Assembly (NCBI GenBank): GCA_011046085.1
Contig: DSBK01000016.1
Location: 1,050 to 65,049 of the forward strand
From: Actinomycetota bacterium
GTDB lineage: Bacteria; Actinomycetota; Aquicultoria; UBA3085; Oleimmundimicrobiaceae
Reading direction: 5' to 3'
DNA: 64,000 nt
Position 1 is the stretch's first letter. Each line of letters starts with the position of its first letter. The notes beneath the pieces were generated by a model. It made no database searches. It saw only the letters and a list, made by a program, of their open reading frames with translations, and had not been told where the DNA came from. Of the stretch, positions 60,316 through 64,000 are shown in pieces. A program made the translations under genes and the position numbers.

Positions 60316-62645
60316 AAAAAGACAGCACAACTCCTTACCGGACTCCACCGATCTTTTGGCTCACGCTTTTATATGTTTTTGGTCTTATTTTAGGCAGCTT
60401 TTCCAGTCTTCAGATTTATCCTATATTGATAACCATTTTTGCTGTTCTTTTAATTCTTATTTTTGGGCATTTGAAATCTTCAAAGTTTGAGAAAGCACTT
60501 GCTCTTTTGTTGTTTTTGCTGCTCGGTTTATTTTTGTTTACATTTAATGTTAAAAGGGTCGAGAACGGTCAGCTTGTTCAATGCGCTAAAGATAAAAAGA
60601 TGGTTATCGCCAAAGGGGTTATTGTTGGGGACTCCTTGAGTAAAGGCGATAAAATCGTTTTCGATTTAAAGATAAACGAGATAAATGATGGCAAAAAGAT
60701 TTTTTCTGTATCGGAGAAAACCAGGGTAAATGTCCAAAGAGGTTATGATTTAAAGATTAAGTTGGGGCAATCTGTATTGATTGAAGGCACACCCTATATG
60801 CCAAGCAATATAGATTCCTTTGACTACAAAAAATATCTTTTAAGAAAAAGAGTCGGAACGTTATTTTCGGTTTATCCTAAAGGTATAACAATTTGTGGCG
60901 AGAACAAAACATATATTGCTGCGCTACGTGAAAAATTGAAGGCTCAAGCTGAAGAAGCGCTTAGCTTAGAACAGTCGGTCCTTTTGAACGGGATCTTACT
61001 GGGAGACCGTTCAGGGATTTCAGATGTTGTAAATGATGATTTTGCTAAAGCGGGAGTAGCTCACCTCTTGGCGGTATCGGGTTTACACGTTGGAATCGTT
61101 GCGGGCATTGTATTTTTGCTCTTCAGTAGAGTATCGCTTCCAGTAAGAAGTATATTTGCGATTGCAGCGGTTATTTTTTATGCAATTTTGGTTGGCAATC
61201 AACCTTCCGTTCTTAGGGCTTCGATAATGCTCATAATCGGTTATTTCGGGTGGTTGCTTGCGAAAGAAAAGGACATTTTATCGGCAATTTCTGCCGCCGC
61301 TTTAATTTTATTGGTCTACGATCCTTTCATGATTTATAGCGTTGGATTTCAATTATCTTTTCTCGCGACACTTGGAATAATATTTATAACGCCCATTATT
61401 CAGTCTGTTTTGAATTCCCCTTTTAAAAAATTAAATATGGCAATCTCTGTAACGCTGGGAGCGCAGTTGGGGGTGGTTCCTATTTCGGTTTATTACTTTC
61501 AGCGGTTGCCCTTAATGACAACCATCTCTAATTTGGTTGTCACTCCTTTTCTTGCTCCAACGTTTTTTGCGGGGATGGCGGCATCGTTTGCGGGACTGTT
61601 TTCTCGGTGCTTTGCAGCTCCTTTTTATAAACTAACAGGATTTTTTTTAAATTTTTTAAGAAGTTCTGCTGGGTTATTTGCTTCTATTCCCGGCAGTAAC
61701 ATAAATTTTACCCGCCCATCAATTTTATCCGTTTCTGGATATTATGGAGCACTTATTGGCGGTTTGTTTTATGTGAAGCGCAAAAAGTTTTCGTTGAATT
61801 TAAAGTGGCTTGTGGTTTTTTTCTTGCTCGTTTTATCGTTTGTTGTATGGTTTCAAGTTGGGGAAAGCACACTCCCTAAGAATTTTACAGTTAATTTTTT
61901 GGATGTTGGGCAGGGGGATTCAATTTTGATTAGAGCGCCAAAGGGGGAAACGATACTTATCGACGGCGGAGAAAGCTATAATTGCTTAAGAAACCATTTC
62001 ATTCAATTTGGCATTAGGAAAATTGACTTGCTCGTTTTAACCCATCCGCATGCCGATCATGTTGGGGGACTTCCAGAGGTTGTTCGAGATTACAACGTGG
62101 GAATGGTTTTAGATGGCGGGCAATCTCACACATCTTCGCTTTATATGGATTTTCTTTCCATCATAGAAGAAAAAGGTGTTGCTTATAAGCTTGCTCGGAG
62201 TGGGCAGAAGTTTTTGATTGGGGATGAGATTCAATTAATCATACTTCATCCTCAAAAAGAATTTATTGTCGGAACGGATTCGGATTTAAACAACAACTCA
62301 GTTGTTATCAAGTTACGATATGGTGAAGTATCTTTCTTGTTTACGGGTGATATTGAGGAGGAAGCCGAAAAAGAAATAATATTGGGGGGCAAAGATTTAT
62401 CGAGTGGTATTTTAAAAGTTCCGCATCACGGGAGCGCTGGCGGTTGTTATGTGGAATTTCTAAAAAATGTAAGTCCAAGGGTTGCGATAATATCTGCGGG
62501 TAAAGGAAATCGGTATGGCCATCCAGCAAACTCAACTCTTAAGAAGCTTAAAGAACTTGGGATAAAAATTTATAGAACGGATAGAGACGGGACCGTAACC
62601 ATAACGTCTGATGGTAAGAAGGTTTGGGTGGAGAAGGAAAAATAG
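60312..62645 (+). CDS. comEC: DNA internalisation competence protein ComEC/Rec2 with a C-terminal metallo-beta-lactamase domain
   Basis: Competence domain TM core; HPHADHVGG. Confidence 0.85.
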   Translation: MKKDSTTPYRTPPIFWLTLLYVFGLILGSFSSLQIYPILITIFAVLLILIFGHLKSSKFEKALALLLFLLLGLFLFTFNVKRVENGQLVQCAKDKKMVIAKGVIVGDSLSKGDKIVFDLKINEINDGKKIFSVSEKTRVNVQRGYDLKIKLGQSVLIEGTPYMPSNIDSFDYKKYLLRKRVGTLFSVYPKGITICGENKTYIAALREKLKAQAEEALSLEQSVLLNGILLGDRSGISDVVNDDFAKAGVAHLLAVSGLHVGIVAGIVFLLFSRVSLPVRSIFAIAAVIFYAILVGNQPSVLRASIMLIIGYFGWLLAKEKDILSAISAAALILLVYDPFMIYSVGFQLSFLATLGIIFITPIIQSVLNSPFKKLNMAISVTLGAQLGVVPISVYYFQRLPLMTTISNLVVTPFLAPTFFAGMAASFAGLFSRCFAAPFYKLTGFFLNFLRSSAGLFASIPGSNINFTRPSILSVSGYYGALIGGLFYVKRKKFSLNLKWLVVFFLLVLSFVVWFQVGESTLPKNFTVNFLDVGQGDSILIRAPKGETILIDGGESYNCLRNHFIQFGIRKIDLLVLTHPHADHVGGLPEVVRDYNVGMVLDGGQSHTSSLYMDFLSIIEEKGVAYKLARSGQKFLIGDEIQLIILHPQKEFIVGTDSDLNNNSVVIKLRYGEVSFLFTGDIEEEAEKEIILGGKDLSSGILKVPHHGSAGGCYVEFLKNVSPRVAIISAGKGNRYGHPANSTLKKLKELGIKIYRTDRDGTVTITSDGKKVWVEKEK

Positions 62646-62666
62646 GCAAGTTGTCGGCTCCCAGCC

Positions 62667-62740
62667 ATCAGTCTCCAGCTTAACTGGAAATTAAGTATGC
62701 AAAACTAAAAAGAAGTCATTGCGAGCGAAGCGCGGCAATC
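62667..62740. repeat. Copy of the intergenic repeat (cagtctccagct, gtcattgcgagcgaagcgcggcaatc)
   Basis: Shares modules with 4378-4411 and 4506-4527. Confidence 0.5.
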
Positions 62741-62781
62741 TAACTTCTCTACCTCGACGGGAGGGGTTGGGTTTGTCTGTT

Positions 62782-62830
62782 TCTGGCGGGGGAGGATCGT
62801 CCACGAATAACCCGCCAGAGTTTTAAAAAA
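62782..62830 (+). terminator. Hairpin tctggcggg-N20-cccgccaga (9-bp perfect stem) followed by a short T-run; candidate comEC terminator
   Basis: Direct reading; the U-tract is short (UUUU). Confidence 0.4.
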
Positions 62831-62973
62831 CCAAAATCGACAAAAACACTTTTGATTTTCCTAAAGGTTAAAACCTGGAAGATTGGTGGTCGATGCATGG
62901 CAGATGATAAAACGATGAACTGAATTTTTGTTTATGTTAATCTATTTTCAGATAAACATAAGGGGAGTTTGGC

Positions 62974-63942
62974 TTGAAAAAAGAGAGCGCTAAAGAGTTA
63001 AAACCAGTCTATATAATTTTTGGGGAAGAGAAGCTGCTCCTCGAAGAGGCTCTTGAGAGATTAAAGAAAAAGTTGGTCGGTGAGGTTGATTTAACCTTAA
63101 GCTATGATGAATTCAGGGGGTCTGAAGCGAATGTAGATTCAATTTTAGGAGCGGCAAATACAATGCCGTTTCTCGGCAGCAAGCGGTTAATTGTTGTGAA
63201 AGAGGCGGATAAGTTAACCGTATCTGATGGTTTAGTAGACTACATTGAGAATCCATCCGAATTTACTTATTTTATTCTAATGGCTGATAAGATTGATAAA
63301 AGAAGTCGGCTTTATAAGGGCGCGAGCAAAAAGGGGTATGTTTATGAATATAAATCGCCAAAAGGAAGGGAATTGCCGAAGTGGGTAAAGGAGAAATTTT
63401 CTAAAAGAGGCATAAAAATAAGCGATGATGCTGTCCAATACATTTGTTTAAATGTTGACAACGATTTGATGAGACTGCAAGGTGAAATAGACAAAATTTG
63501 CCTCTATCATCAAGATAAAAAATCACTTGGTTTAGACGATACAAAACCCTTAATAAAGAAGTCCGCAGAAAGCTCTATCTTTGAACTCGTTGATTTGATT
63601 GGCAGGCATAAAAAAGAGATGGCTTTTAATGTCTTAAACAATTTGGTAGAGAGCGGAGAACCTGTAACCTATTTATTTCATATGATGCTTAGGCAGTTTC
63701 GATTATTGCTCAAAACGAAGGTTCTTATGGAAGAAAGAAGGGTTTCGTATTCAAAACTAATGGAAGAGTTAAAGCTTCCTCCATTTGTAGTTAATGGCTA
63801 CCATGAGCAGAGTCGTAATTTCACTATAGGTCAATTAAAAAGAGCTCATGAGCTTTGTTTGGAAGCGGAGATTAGTCTTAAAACCACCAACAAAGATCCG
63901 AATTTGATTTTGGAGATGTTAATTGCCAAAATTATTCCGTGA
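62974..63942 (+). CDS. holA: DNA polymerase III subunit delta
   Basis: HolA N-terminus (IYIIFGEEKLLLEEA); conserved comEC-holA synteny. Confidence 0.8.
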   Translation: MKKESAKELKPVYIIFGEEKLLLEEALERLKKKLVGEVDLTLSYDEFRGSEANVDSILGAANTMPFLGSKRLIVVKEADKLTVSDGLVDYIENPSEFTYFILMADKIDKRSRLYKGASKKGYVYEYKSPKGRELPKWVKEKFSKRGIKISDDAVQYICLNVDNDLMRLQGEIDKICLYHQDKKSLGLDDTKPLIKKSAESSIFELVDLIGRHKKEMAFNVLNNLVESGEPVTYLFHMMLRQFRLLLKTKVLMEERRVSYSKLMEELKLPPFVVNGYHEQSRNFTIGQLKRAHELCLEAEISLKTTNKDPNLILEMLIAKIIP

Positions 63943-64000
63943 TTTAAATCACTTTCGGAACATTTTCTTTCGGGTTTTCGTCTAATTGCTGAATAACACA

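Overview
This 64-kb window is a low-GC, Firmicutes-like chromosomal region, probably from an anaerobe, encoding mostly housekeeping genes on the + strand.

Main contents, in order:
- An ECF sigma factor, a zinc-finger anti-sigma factor and a polytopic membrane protein.
- A full arginine biosynthesis operon, argC-argJ-orf-argB-argD-argF-argR-argG-argH, with ArgR-box operators overlapping a consensus promoter.
- polX, mpg, a Nif3-like gene and PBP1A.
- tyrS, a small Cys-rich ORF, valS and folC.
- ndk, then the rnfCDGEAB electron-transport complex, followed by NusG_II/DUF1312 and Gx-transporter genes.
- radC, then mreB-mreC-mreD-mrdA-rodA.
- A GTPase/DUF697 gene, the radical-SAM TIGR03960 and TIGR03936 pair, and rng.
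- rplU with a long Lys/Ala-rich tail, rpmA and obg.
- proB, proA, nadD, yqeK, an LCP gene and rsfS.
- A T-box leader with an embedded tRNA-Ala gene, then leuS and lepB.
- A polysaccharide deacetylase interrupted by one in-frame TAA.
- An ABC-2 exporter, a membrane protein split at an A7 run, and comEA-comEC-holA.

The most unusual features:
- A canonical tRNA-Ala(GGC) gene sits inside the leuS T-box leader. Upstream are Stem I with a Leu CUC specifier and an F-box; downstream are the T-box, antiterminator and terminator; the whole is driven by one consensus sigma-A promoter.
- A family of modular, hairpin-forming intergenic repeats recurs in at least five intergenic regions. Shared modules are cattgcgag/ctcgcaatg, cgtggcaatc, ctgcc-gaca-ggcag and tandem GGAGTAAGG units.
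- A second repeat, actaccgact, occurs in two copies inside the arg operon.

No CRISPR array, IS element or rRNA was seen.
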